In this document: positions 7,805 through 15,937 of the stretch, piece after piece
Position numbering within the stretch: the stretch's first letter is position 1
How the letters are laid out: every line of letters starts with the position of its first letter
IMG/VR virus record: IMGVR_UViG_2600254997_000022
Source: a virus
Lineage: Duplodnaviria > Heunggongvirae > Uroviricota > Caudoviricetes
Reading direction: 5' to 3' (one strand)
DNA length: 20,766 nucleotides
The notes under the pieces: model-generated
What the model was told of the DNA's origin: nothing
Seen by the model: only the letters and a program-made list of their open reading frames with translations
The model's database searches: none
Translations under genes and position numbers: made by a program

Positions 7805-9114
7805 CCCTTAAGTTTTGCCTGATAGTAACTTTCCGGCAGATAGCCATGTGCGGTCACATAATCCTTAACCAGTGAAGGATCCTGCAACAGCATTTTGGTA
7901 TCAGTTTCTTCGTCCTTTGATTTGGTTACAGGAATACCGAGCCCGGCAATCTGTCGTTTCTGCATTCGAATAATTACGTCCTGCGCTTTATTCAACTCTC
8001 GCAAAAATGCCTCATTGCTGGTTGCTGACTTAATGCCATTTTGAGATTGCATAAGGGCAGCCCTTTCCCCTTCGGTTGGGTTAGAGCCAAAAGTCCCTTT
8101 GAGGCTAGGCAGAATAACCTTTAGGTTGTATTCATCAGCTTTGGCGCGTAGGCTTCGTGTGTCTTCTGCTACATCAGGAAGGAATCCAAACCCCAGCGTC
8201 AGGGGGTTATAGTTCTGCGAGCGGGTAACGGCCGAAGGATGTTTCCCTACAATTCCCGCCAGTTCATGACCCACTTCAAGCGCAGAGTTCAAGGAGTCGA
8301 TGTTACCTGCAACAGTATTAATTTTATCGTTCATCTTCTCCACTTTCGCCTGCTGTACTTTGCTCAGTTCAGCATTGAGCTTGTCTCTCTCGATGTCATT
8401 TTGAGCACGTCCAAGTCGTGCTTTCAGAACCATTTCTCTCGTGCGTAGTTGGTTATCGGATAGGACTTTGAACTGCTCCATATCGAGACGCCGATTACCC
8501 AGTTCCGCATTAACCTGAGCATTATATGCAGATGTATCTGCGTTCTGCTGTGCAATGCTCTGCCCTTGCTGCTTCTCTTGAACACTAAAGTAACTATTTG
8601 GATCAGCATGGAGGTGGATGAGGTCAGTGATTCTGTTGAATTCCTGTGGGTCATTCTGCCAAGACTGATAAACCTCTTCAGCAGGAAGACCAAATCGCTG
8701 TAATACTGGATTTGCCTGCTGAATGGCCTTCTGCATGGTCAGTGGATCTCCAGTTTGTGACGCAAGACGCAGATTCATGGCAGCGTCAGCGGTCTGTCGA
8801 TTTTGCTCAGCATCAATGAATCCCATCTGTTTTTGAGAATCAGCCATAAACTGGGGATACTGGGCCATTAACTTCTGCACGCCAACACGATCATTATTAG
8901 CTACCGCACTACCCAACCGTGCCTGATATTCTTTTAGCTGCTGGGAAATTTGCGCCTGCTGATTAATCTCAGCAACGCCTCTTAGCCCCTGTAGCGCCAT
9001 TAAACCTACGTTTGGCTGCTGCTGATACTGCACAGGCTGAGGAACGGAAGAACGAGGAGCATTATCATTTTGCGGTGCCATGCTAGGCAGCCCGCCAAGT
9101 TGCCATGTCGCCAT
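7795..9114 (-). CDS. Ejection / DNA-transfer-like protein (439 aa), in the P22 gp20 position
   Basis: Q/N/A-rich with predicted coiled-coil character. The start overlaps the upstream stop (TAATG) and the stop overlaps the downstream start by 10 nt. Size and position parallel P22 gp20 (~470 aa). Homology was not verified. Confidence 0.6.
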   Translation of the reverse strand: MATWQLGGLPSMAPQNDNAPRSSVPQPVQYQQQPNVGLMALQGLRGVAEINQQAQISQQLKEYQARLGSAVANNDRVGVQKLMAQYPQFMADSQKQMGFIDAEQNRQTADAAMNLRLASQTGDPLTMQKAIQQANPVLQRFGLPAEEVYQSWQNDPQEFNRITDLIHLHADPNSYFSVQEKQQGQSIAQQNADTSAYNAQVNAELGNRRLDMEQFKVLSDNQLRTREMVLKARLGRAQNDIERDKLNAELSKVQQAKVEKMNDKINTVAGNIDSLNSALEVGHELAGIVGKHPSAVTRSQNYNPLTLGFGFLPDVAEDTRSLRAKADEYNLKVILPSLKGTFGSNPTEGERAALMQSQNGIKSATSNEAFLRELNKAQDVIIRMQKRQIAGLGIPVTKSKDEETDTKMLLQDPSLVKDYVTAHGYLPESYYQAKLKGWQ

Positions 9115-9791
9115 TAGAATCCAAGCCCCCCAACAAGACCAATAAGCCCACCACCAATAGCCCCGGCGACATTACCTATACCCGGAACAACGGAACCAAG
9201 TTGCGCACCCGCTAAAGCGCCTGATGCCGCCCCACCAATACCACGCGCAAGACTGGATGGCTGCTGCGCCTGACCTGCACGAATAGCGCCAAGCCCCTGC
9301 AAGAGTTGTCCGGTATTATTGGCGTAGTTTTGCCCTGCTGTTGCCTGCCCTGATGCCGCATTCATCCCGACATTTAGCAGGTTTCCATAATTTTGCATTT
9401 GCCCACTGAGCCAATTGTTATAAAGCATGGGCGCAATGGAAGATAACTGGTTACTGGTAGCTGTTGAGCCAAGCCCCCCGGTAGCTTCTGCTGAGACAAG
9501 GTTCTGATAACGGGCCTGATCTGCCTGTGTTTTATATAAACCAGAACCAAAGAAATCATTCGCGGCTTTATTCTGCCCTTCCAGAGTCATCAGTCCTTGT
9601 AGTTGTTGTAAAGCAGGCAATCCGACTTCTGCATACGGCTTGAGATTATTCATCACCGTATTCCACTGCTCGCGCTGCAAATCAATTGCCTGCTGCTGGG
9701 CCTTCGCCTGAGCTTTAGAGGCACCACCATCACCGCCTTTTTCGTATACGGCACGATTGAGATATTTATGAGCTATATGGGTAATTAACAT
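9114..9791 (-). CDS. Ejection / DNA-transfer-like protein (225 aa), in the P22 gp7 position
   Basis: Q/G/A/N-rich, with a C-terminal glycine-zipper hydrophobic tail (GIGGAASGALAGAQLGSVVPGIGNVAGAIGGGLIGLVGGLGF). Size parallels P22 gp7 (~229 aa). Translationally coupled on both sides. Confidence 0.6.
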   Translation of the reverse strand: MLITHIAHKYLNRAVYEKGGDGGASKAQAKAQQQAIDLQREQWNTVMNNLKPYAEVGLPALQQLQGLMTLEGQNKAANDFFGSGLYKTQADQARYQNLVSAEATGGLGSTATSNQLSSIAPMLYNNWLSGQMQNYGNLLNVGMNAASGQATAGQNYANNTGQLLQGLGAIRAGQAQQPSSLARGIGGAASGALAGAQLGSVVPGIGNVAGAIGGGLIGLVGGLGF

Positions 9792-10246
9792 TCGCTGAAT
9801 TCCTTATATTGTTGCCGAGTTAACTGATAAAGCATTACGCCGACGGGTTTACCACATCTGATATAAGCATCATCAAGGTGACCAACACGGGTAGCGCCAA
9901 GCAAACGGATAATTGCCCGTCCGTATTTGGTGGTGTCAGGAACCATGGTAATGCTGTTAAGGAATGGTGAGTTTTCGAGAAGCCATTTGCAGAATAATCG
10001 ATGCCCTTGCAGTGCATATTCACCACGGAATCCGGGGTCGTACACCGCATGGCATTCAACAATGTTATGCCAGAAGTTACGCACTTCATGAACGCCAGCC
10101 AGCACCAATCCTTCGTAGATACCGAGATATACCGCATCAGGCTTGATGTAGTACGTGTGCCCCGGCTCAACAATATTTTCGGTATTGCCAGGCTCGTTAA
10201 GAAAGGCCTGTAATCGCACAGGGTTATCAATAAATTTTAGTTCCAT
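9785..10246 (-). CDS. 153-aa protein in the P22 gp14 position, with a weak GNAT-like motif
   Basis: ORF track. First large gene of the coupled block. DPGFRGEYALQGHRLFCKWLLE loosely resembles acetyltransferase motif A. Size parallels P22 gp14 (~160 aa). Function is uncertain. Confidence 0.5.
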   Translation of the reverse strand: MELKFIDNPVRLQAFLNEPGNTENIVEPGHTYYIKPDAVYLGIYEGLVLAGVHEVRNFWHNIVECHAVYDPGFRGEYALQGHRLFCKWLLENSPFLNSITMVPDTTKYGRAIIRLLGATRVGHLDDAYIRCGKPVGVMLYQLTRQQYKEFSEC

Positions 10247-10262
10247 GCGATGCCATCCATTT

Positions 10263-10424
10263 TCACATACAGCCTGCCAGCGCCTTATCTATTAACCCTC
10301 GTGCAATTTCATGCAGAGTTGGCGCTACTCCAATTCCTGATTTTTTACGCTGCTCTTCCTGAATTTTCTTTATCGCTTCCATTTGCTTCTCACTTATCAA
10401 TACCGGCTTTACTGAAATAGCCAT
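10263..10424 (-). CDS. Ribbon-helix-helix (Arc/CopG-like) small DNA-binding protein, 53 aa; below the ORF-track cutoff
   Basis: The reverse strand reads MAISVKPVLISEKQMEAIKKIQEEQRKKSGIGVAPTLHEIARGLIDKALAGCM. AGGGGG RBS lies 5 nt upstream. The beta-strand/helix/helix spacing is typical of RHH proteins. The stop is 17 nt before the next ATG. Confidence 0.65.
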   Translation of the reverse strand: MAISVKPVLISEKQMEAIKKIQEEQRKKSGIGVAPTLHEIARGLIDKALAGCM

Positions 10425-10439
10425 AACGCCCCCTTAGAA

Positions 10440-10463
10440 CTGTATAAAACAACAGTTATTATA
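10440..10463 (-). promoter_or_regulatory. TATAAT -10 element followed immediately by a perfect LexA box
   Basis: The reverse strand reads ATGAAT-N17-TATAAT-AA-CTGTTGTTTTATACAG. The CTGT-N8-ACAG core is at 10440-10455 and the -10 at 10458-10463. The box covers the predicted transcription start, 15 nt upstream of the RHH start codon. Confidence 0.7.
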
Positions 10464-10517
10464 GTTTCATAAATCGCAACATTCATCATCGTAATTGCAA
10501 AATATGAAACATATAGC

Positions 10518-10552
10518 ACAAAAAAATGCCACCGCTCAGTAGCTGGTGGCAT
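10518..10552 (-). terminator. Strong intrinsic terminator for leftward transcription from the primase/ori side
   Basis: Stem atgccacc (10526-10533) / ggtggcat (10545-10552) with an 11-nt loop. On the reverse strand it is followed by T7. It separates the replication module from the SOS-boxed operon. Confidence 0.8.
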
Positions 10553-10872
10553 CGTTCTGTGTGTCAGGTTTTGACAGGTTTTTTATGGACTCTAAAAACT
10601 ATATTTATGGTGTCGCATTACTCTTCACGGCAGGCGCTTTTCAGTTCTGCCCTTGCTTCTGGCTCCATTGGTAATTTGATTCGCGATCAGCTATGCGGAT
10701 GGTTTGCTGAACAGGCATAACAACTTCTCAAGGGCTGTTTTCTGAACTACGAAAATTTCGTAGTGCTCACTTTCAAAAACGTCACGCCCTTGTACACAGG
10801 ATTTTACGAAAGTCTCGTAAAACACTCTCTGATGCCAGCCAGGTGTTGTGCGCATCAATTCAGTCACATTGT

Positions 10873-10974
10873 GTTGGTTCAAAATACCGTGTTGTTGGTT
10901 CAGTGTTGGTTCAATAAAAAGAATAAAATCCTTATAAAACAATACCCTTTATAAATTGAACCAACTGAACCAAC
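10873..10974. repeat. Iteron cluster B (ori/crr-like), immediately downstream of the primase-helicase gene
   Basis: GTTGGTTCA at 10873, 10894 and 10905 (21- and 11-bp spacing). An AT-rich spacer follows, then TGAACCAAC in tandem at 10957 and 10966. The reverse complement aligns with cluster A, including the spacer (atttataaagggtattgtttt vs atttgtaaagagtattgtttt). Confidence 0.8.
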
Positions 10975-10999
10975 ACCTTTTCTACGCACATGAAGAAGC

Positions 11000-13759
11000 T
11001 CATTCTTCAGATGAGTTGTAATCTCCTGGCTGGTAATTGAGTACATAAACGTTTATTTGTCGTCCCTGAATACGTGGTGATTTTCTTTGGTATCCACGAC
11101 CGCTGTTTGGTGGGGTTAGCATCCCGGCTTTTTTCAACACTTCAGCAAACTGTTTTGCGTTGAAACCACATGCGATCTCCTTTTCAAATGTGGCCGGGAA
11201 TGTGTAGAAAATCATTGGGCTTTCGTCATGTTCTCCACGCTGACGGTATCCGGCTAAATCTTTGATGGGCAAATCTGCCGGGCTGTATGGAAATGGTGCA
11301 AAACGGCTAAGCCCATAGGCATTAAGAAATGCCTCCGTTTGTTCAATAATCTGCTGATGTTCTTTGTTACCTGTGCCGAACTCGCGCAACCATGCGTTAT
11401 AGCTGTGCTGTATCGCATCACGGCATGTCTGAGCATCCCAGCCTGTTACAACCTCGCCTAACAGCAATGCGGCCTCCAGAATGGCAAATCGCGCGGCTAC
11501 ACGGTGAACCTGCTCACCATAATCGGATGGGATCAGACTTCTCCATCTGCTTTCGCGGTCACGAACAGTTTTAATTGCCTGTTGCTGGTGGTCTGCCAGC
11601 CATTTAATCCACTCACGCCCGGCTGCGCCGTGGTGATGCTGGTAAGCGTCTTTCAGTGCGTCTGCGTGCTGTTTTCCGTTCTGGTAATCGTGAAAGCGTA
11701 CTGCTTTACTCAACGGAATATTCAGCAGTCGCACCAGTTGCCCGGCTTTGGTTTTTCGCCCGGAAGTAGCGATAAATGTTTCTAAATCCATTTCTCCGGT
11801 GCTGATTGCCACTGTACGCCAGCGTTTTAGATCCCGGTTTCCACCATCTTTAGCGCCTTGCAGTTTCCCTACACCGTTAAATAACGCATAGGCAGACTGT
11901 GAAACACTGACAGGATCAGCGCCCTGACCAACTTCATCAAGCGGCATTAGTCCGTCATTGTGGGCGGCAGCTTCATTTGCCAGCCCCAGCGCGGTTCCGT
12001 ACCACGTCAGCCGCAGTAAATCAGGGTTGCCGTATAAGCTGCTCGCCACGTTTGCCGTGGTGGTCTTACCTGCGCTCGACTGCTCATAGAAATGAATGCC
12101 GAACCCGTCAGCGCCCACCAGCCCAATCAATGGCGCTGCCAGTGCTGCGCCGATCCCGGTCATCATTGAATAGTTACCAAAGGCCAGACGCGCCACGTTA
12201 TCACGCCAGCTTTTCGCGCTCCCTGAGACGGTATATCCGGCTGCGGCTGAGCTTCTCCCGCTGAACAGCACAGGATTTTCAGGTGTTCCGATGATTTCCC
12301 CATCAGGCATGATGTACGCTCCGCATTGCCAGCCAGTGGCATGAGCAACACGCCACAATTCACGAGAGCCACTGCGTTGTAGCCAGTCTGCCAGTATTGC
12401 TCTGAGGCTGCTTTTGGTCGTGACATTTACCCCACCAGCTTTAAGTGTGCGCCATCCTTCACGTTCACCAATATCAGCCAGTGGAATGGCAGCGGTTGTC
12501 GGCGTTTCAGAACCAAACGACAGCCAGCGAAGAATGAGATACTGGTCTTTATCGTCTCTGCCAGTACCGATAACGCTTAACGGAGAACATAACCAGCTTT
12601 CGTTATTGATGATTTCTCCACTCTGGCTGTCAGCTCTCGGAGATACCCAATAAATACCATCCTCGCGGCTTTCTATTCTTGGTTTCAGTGGGTCGGTATC
12701 CATAACCTTAAAATCGCTTCCCTCAATGGTCTGTGGCTCCTGTTTCACGCCATTACCCTGTGGTTGGTACATTGACTTATTGAACGCTTCTGTGGCGCAT
12801 TTAATGCCGTGTTTTTGGTGGTAATCATTCCAGTCTGCTTTGTGATCTGTCGGGGGTAATGCCACCCATCCAGAAACAGATAAAGCTGCTTTTTCTGCTG
12901 CTCTTCTCCCCGTGTTTTGTCTTCCTTCGCTGTGGTCGTTATCCGCAGCAATGATGATTTGTGCTGAAGGAAATTTATCCCGCAGTACCTGGGCGACATA
13001 TAACAGGTTCCCGGCATCAATCGCCGCCACTGTCAGCGCCTCTGGGCGAATTAAATGGGCAGATAATGCCGTTGCCAGCCCTTCTGCGATTAAGATGCTC
13101 TGTGTTGTTTCTGGTGCGTTTATGGCGTGATATGCCCCTCGCTTTGCTGAACCTGTCAGGAGTCTTTTTTCACCATGTGAGGTAATAGTCTGTGCTGCTG
13201 TGACTGCGCCGGATTTATCCACCAGCGCCAGCAACAGAGATCCATCGGGCAACACGGGGAATGTAAAATCACCTACCCCTTTCGCAACCAGATAATCAGA
13301 TTTGCCGTTTACAGCCTTTCTGCGCATGTCATCAAACTGACGGGAAAACGTATCCCGTCTTTGTTGTTCGTCCTTCTCTGCCCTTTTCAGGCGCTCCTGT
13401 TCGCGTCGCTGGCGCTTGGTTTCCAGTTGTTCCCGTTTCTGGCTGGTGGCTTCTGGTGTTTCCGTTGTCCGGTAATCAATACCCAGAACATCAGCGGCAA
13501 GAAGCGCCGCCTCTGTTGTGTCGCAGTTATTTACGCGTTTAATTAAATCCAGCCCATCACCAGCGCCGCACTGATTACAGATGAAGCTACCGCGCCCGTT
13601 GTCATCGAACCGGAATCGATCTTTTCCCCCACATGCAGGGCAGGGAGCATGACGGCGCGGAGAGTCAGGGACATTTATGTTCAGGCAGCCCAGCACATGA
13701 GGCCAGTTGTTTTCAGACGCACTGATAACCTGACGGATAAGATCAATGTTTCGCATCAC
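11000..13759 (-). CDS. Primase-helicase, P4 alpha-like (919 aa)
   Basis: N-terminal zinc ribbon CPACGGKDRFRF..FICNQCG. TOPRIM-like acidic motifs (ILIAEGLATALS, IIIAADNDHSE). Walker A in YEQSSAGKTTTANV. The long C-terminal region fits an origin-binding domain. Confidence 0.9.
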   Translation of the reverse strand: MMRNIDLIRQVISASENNWPHVLGCLNINVPDSPRRHAPCPACGGKDRFRFDDNGRGSFICNQCGAGDGLDLIKRVNNCDTTEAALLAADVLGIDYRTTETPEATSQKREQLETKRQRREQERLKRAEKDEQQRRDTFSRQFDDMRRKAVNGKSDYLVAKGVGDFTFPVLPDGSLLLALVDKSGAVTAAQTITSHGEKRLLTGSAKRGAYHAINAPETTQSILIAEGLATALSAHLIRPEALTVAAIDAGNLLYVAQVLRDKFPSAQIIIAADNDHSEGRQNTGRRAAEKAALSVSGWVALPPTDHKADWNDYHQKHGIKCATEAFNKSMYQPQGNGVKQEPQTIEGSDFKVMDTDPLKPRIESREDGIYWVSPRADSQSGEIINNESWLCSPLSVIGTGRDDKDQYLILRWLSFGSETPTTAAIPLADIGEREGWRTLKAGGVNVTTKSSLRAILADWLQRSGSRELWRVAHATGWQCGAYIMPDGEIIGTPENPVLFSGRSSAAAGYTVSGSAKSWRDNVARLAFGNYSMMTGIGAALAAPLIGLVGADGFGIHFYEQSSAGKTTTANVASSLYGNPDLLRLTWYGTALGLANEAAAHNDGLMPLDEVGQGADPVSVSQSAYALFNGVGKLQGAKDGGNRDLKRWRTVAISTGEMDLETFIATSGRKTKAGQLVRLLNIPLSKAVRFHDYQNGKQHADALKDAYQHHHGAAGREWIKWLADHQQQAIKTVRDRESRWRSLIPSDYGEQVHRVAARFAILEAALLLGEVVTGWDAQTCRDAIQHSYNAWLREFGTGNKEHQQIIEQTEAFLNAYGLSRFAPFPYSPADLPIKDLAGYRQRGEHDESPMIFYTFPATFEKEIACGFNAKQFAEVLKKAGMLTPPNSGRGYQRKSPRIQGRQINVYVLNYQPGDYNSSEE

Positions 13760-14114
13760 CGTACCCCACGTGGTCTATAGCGTTTGCGATATGGCTAACC
13801 AGCATCTGCCACTTGGTTATTCCGTAATCAGTCAGCATGCCATCATTGTTTAGCCACATATCAAATTCAGCGGTTGTCGCAAGTTTCCACTGATCGCCGT
13901 GGACAGTTCTCATTGCTGGGTACATGAATGCGCAAATCAGATCACAAACATCTGACGGCTTCAGAGATGTAGTAATGGTGCGTCCCTCTGGCGTCTGAAT
14001 TGCCATTTTCTCTTCACCAGTAGAATGAAGGTTATGAATCCACACAGCACCAGCAATCTTTGCCACCTGCTCTCCGATTGCGGAGCTAAGCGCCATTTCT
14101 GCATTTTCACGCAT
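13743..14114 (-). CDS. Hypothetical protein (123 aa)
   Basis: GGGAGG RBS 6 nt upstream. Overlaps the primase start by 17 nt and the upstream stop by 8 nt. Confidence 0.65.
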   Translation of the reverse strand: MRENAEMALSSAIGEQVAKIAGAVWIHNLHSTGEEKMAIQTPEGRTITTSLKPSDVCDLICAFMYPAMRTVHGDQWKLATTAEFDMWLNNDGMLTDYGITKWQMLVSHIANAIDHVGYGDAKH

Positions 14115-14448
14115 GAGAACCTCCCGCTACAGTTGCGCCCATGTCATTAACCATGCTTTGCCATATCTCACGCCCGACGTCAGTCAATCCGTCCTTATTG
14201 ACGCAACGCTCAAGAAGCTCGATCCCCACGGTTTCCCACTGCGGGTAGAACACTTTCATGGCTGCCAGTGTGTAGCTATCGATCAGGCTGCGAACGCCTT
14301 TTACTCCATTGACGATTTCCACACGTACGGCCTTGCCGTCCGCATCAACCATGAAATAGTCCCCGTCGCTGGTGGAGGTAATGTGGTTATACAGTGCCGA
14401 CGCATACTTATTTGCCAGCGCATTCAGTCGGAAATTTTTAGTAATCAT
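14107..14448 (-). CDS. Hypothetical protein (113 aa)
   Basis: ORF track. GGATGGAG RBS. Coupled to the downstream gene. Confidence 0.65.
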   Translation of the reverse strand: MITKNFRLNALANKYASALYNHITSTSDGDYFMVDADGKAVRVEIVNGVKGVRSLIDSYTLAAMKVFYPQWETVGIELLERCVNKDGLTDVGREIWQSMVNDMGATVAGGSHA

Positions 14449-14458
14449 GGCTCCATCC

Positions 14459-15061
14459 TCAGTGCGTCACTGGTTCCGCTGGCATGCCGTTTTCATTCAG
14501 TTCAGCTATAAAGCTGTTGTGAAGTTCAGCAAGCGTTTCACGACCAAATGGAGTCAGTGCTCCTTGTTCCACATCCATCATGGCTCTGTAGAAAATGATG
14601 GCGCGTTCTGTGCCAGACTCGATGCCAAAACGTTCTATCATCGCGCCCTCAATGTTGTTTGCCATAGCGAGACGCTCTGCTACTGGATACAGCGGCATGG
14701 CGACGATGCCGTTGGAATAAACAGCCACTTCGGAAGGATTGCCAGTATCATCAATGATGCTGACAGTGCCGTTTTCCTCTCTCATTTCCAGCATGAATAC
14801 TGTTGCGATCAGCCATCTCCACATAATGACGTTATGCTGTGATGTGTAATCGAAATATCCCTGGTTGCCGCCATCGGCAATAGCGAGATGTATTGACATA
14901 CCTTCATCTGGTTTATCGTCATAATCCCCGGCATCCAGACGATTTACGGCATCAATATATGAGACGGCCTCAACGCGTTCTGTCATGCCATCGTTGCTGC
15001 GGTACATGATGTTTACGCCGTCAGGCGTTGCTTCTGCATGGAACGTTAAGAAATTATTCAT
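14459..15061 (-). CDS. Hypothetical protein (200 aa from MNNFLTFHAE; the track ORF extends to 15166)
   Basis: The ATG at 15061 overlaps the stop of the upstream ORF (ATGAATAA). The longer N-terminal extension would overlap that ORF by more than 100 nt. Confidence 0.6.
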   Translation of the reverse strand: MNNFLTFHAEATPDGVNIMYRSNDGMTERVEAVSYIDAVNRLDAGDYDDKPDEGMSIHLAIADGGNQGYFDYTSQHNVIMWRWLIATVFMLEMREENGTVSIIDDTGNPSEVAVYSNGIVAMPLYPVAERLAMANNIEGAMIERFGIESGTERAIIFYRAMMDVEQGALTPFGRETLAELHNSFIAELNENGMPAEPVTH

Positions 15062-15275
15062 GTTTCGCCTCGCCTGAATGATTCTGTAACTCATATTTGC
15101 CCAACAATTCGTCCGCTTCCTGAATAGCTTCTGGTACGCCATTGAGCAGTGACATAACCGCGCCAATCATTAACTTGTCTCTGTTGCTGGGGCTGGCCCC
15201 TTCAAGCCAGAACCCTAAAACAGTCTGAACCTGTTCGATGCGACATTGCGCTTCGATGAGCTGGATGTTGGTCAT
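15054..15275 (-). CDS. Hypothetical small protein (73 aa)
   Basis: ORF track. Start and stop overlap both neighbours. Confidence 0.55.
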   Translation of the reverse strand: MTNIQLIEAQCRIEQVQTVLGFWLEGASPSNRDKLMIGAVMSLLNGVPEAIQEADELLGKYELQNHSGEAKHE

Positions 15276-15535
15276 TTCGCACTCTCCGCATCGATTAAAC
15301 TGATATCTATCAGAGAGGTAACTTTTTGTAGCCAGCTAGTGATTACTGTCGCCTGTTCCCCTCCCACCGATGGAAGAATCTCATTCATCACATGAACCAG
15401 ACCTGTGCGCGCTCTGGTAAGCCGTTCAGTCGTGCGATCTGCAAGAGTGAATGTGTCTGGATATGGCTCTTCACGGCTCAGCAATGATTCAATTTCCAGC
15501 TCACACGGATGACGATAAATTAAGTTGATATTCAT
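15272..15535 (-). CDS. Hypothetical small protein (87 aa)
   Basis: ORF track. 4-nt overlaps with both neighbours. Confidence 0.55.
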   Translation of the reverse strand: MNINLIYRHPCELEIESLLSREEPYPDTFTLADRTTERLTRARTGLVHVMNEILPSVGGEQATVITSWLQKVTSLIDISLIDAESAK

Positions 15536-15726
15536 TTTTCACCCCCAAGAATTACCAGCTCTGCACGGGCATCGTTAACCAAAGATGAGCACGCTTTAAT
15601 CGCATCCACGACATCAACAGCGTCCATTTCTTCAGCCGAAAGATTGACAGCAACCAGGACAGCCGCTGCTTGCTCGATTAATTGAAGTGCGGACGTAAGT
15701 CGATGGGCATTAATTGAGTTATTCAT
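15532..15726 (-). CDS. Hypothetical small protein (64 aa from MNNSINAH)
   Basis: GGGGG RBS upstream of the ATG at 15726. The longer form to 15783 would overlap the upstream gene. Confidence 0.5.
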   Translation of the reverse strand: MNNSINAHRLTSALQLIEQAAAVLVAVNLSAEEMDAVDVVDAIKACSSLVNDARAELVILGGEK

Positions 15727-15937
15727 TGGTTGCCCCCGTTTTTCCTGGCATTTCGCCACCTTCCAGCAGGAAATGAACGTCACGAACGGCGAGATCCAAT
15801 ATCGCGAGTAACGCCTTCAGTCTTTCGTCTCGTGAGGGAGAGTTGCTCACCAGAATGTCGTTAATCACTTCTGTCAGTGTGATGATCTGGCTTGTGCGTT
15901 CGAGGGGATCCATATGCACATCGTAGGTTTTAATCAT
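15719..15937 (-). CDS. Hypothetical small protein (72 aa, MIKTYDVHMDP...)
   Basis: GGAGGTGG RBS. The ATG overlaps the stop of the Icd-like ORF (ATGATTAA). The 210-aa track ORF 15719-16351 is an upstream read-through of this frame across the structured leader. Confidence 0.55.
   Translation of the reverse strand: MIKTYDVHMDPLERTSQIITLTEVINDILVSNSPSRDERLKALLAILDLAVRDVHFLLEGGEMPGKTGATNE

Noticed and set aside
10691-10942. 83-aa minus-strand ORF downstream of the primase gene
   Set aside because: It is read straight through the iteron cluster and the palindromes and has no RBS. The region is better explained as a non-coding origin.
11254-13546. Multiple 60-95 aa ORFs on both strands inside the primase-helicase gene, with similar antisense ORFs inside the ejection-protein, integrase and orf316 genes
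   Set aside because: All are nested within long, motif-supported CDSs and lack RBSs, as expected for shadow ORFs.
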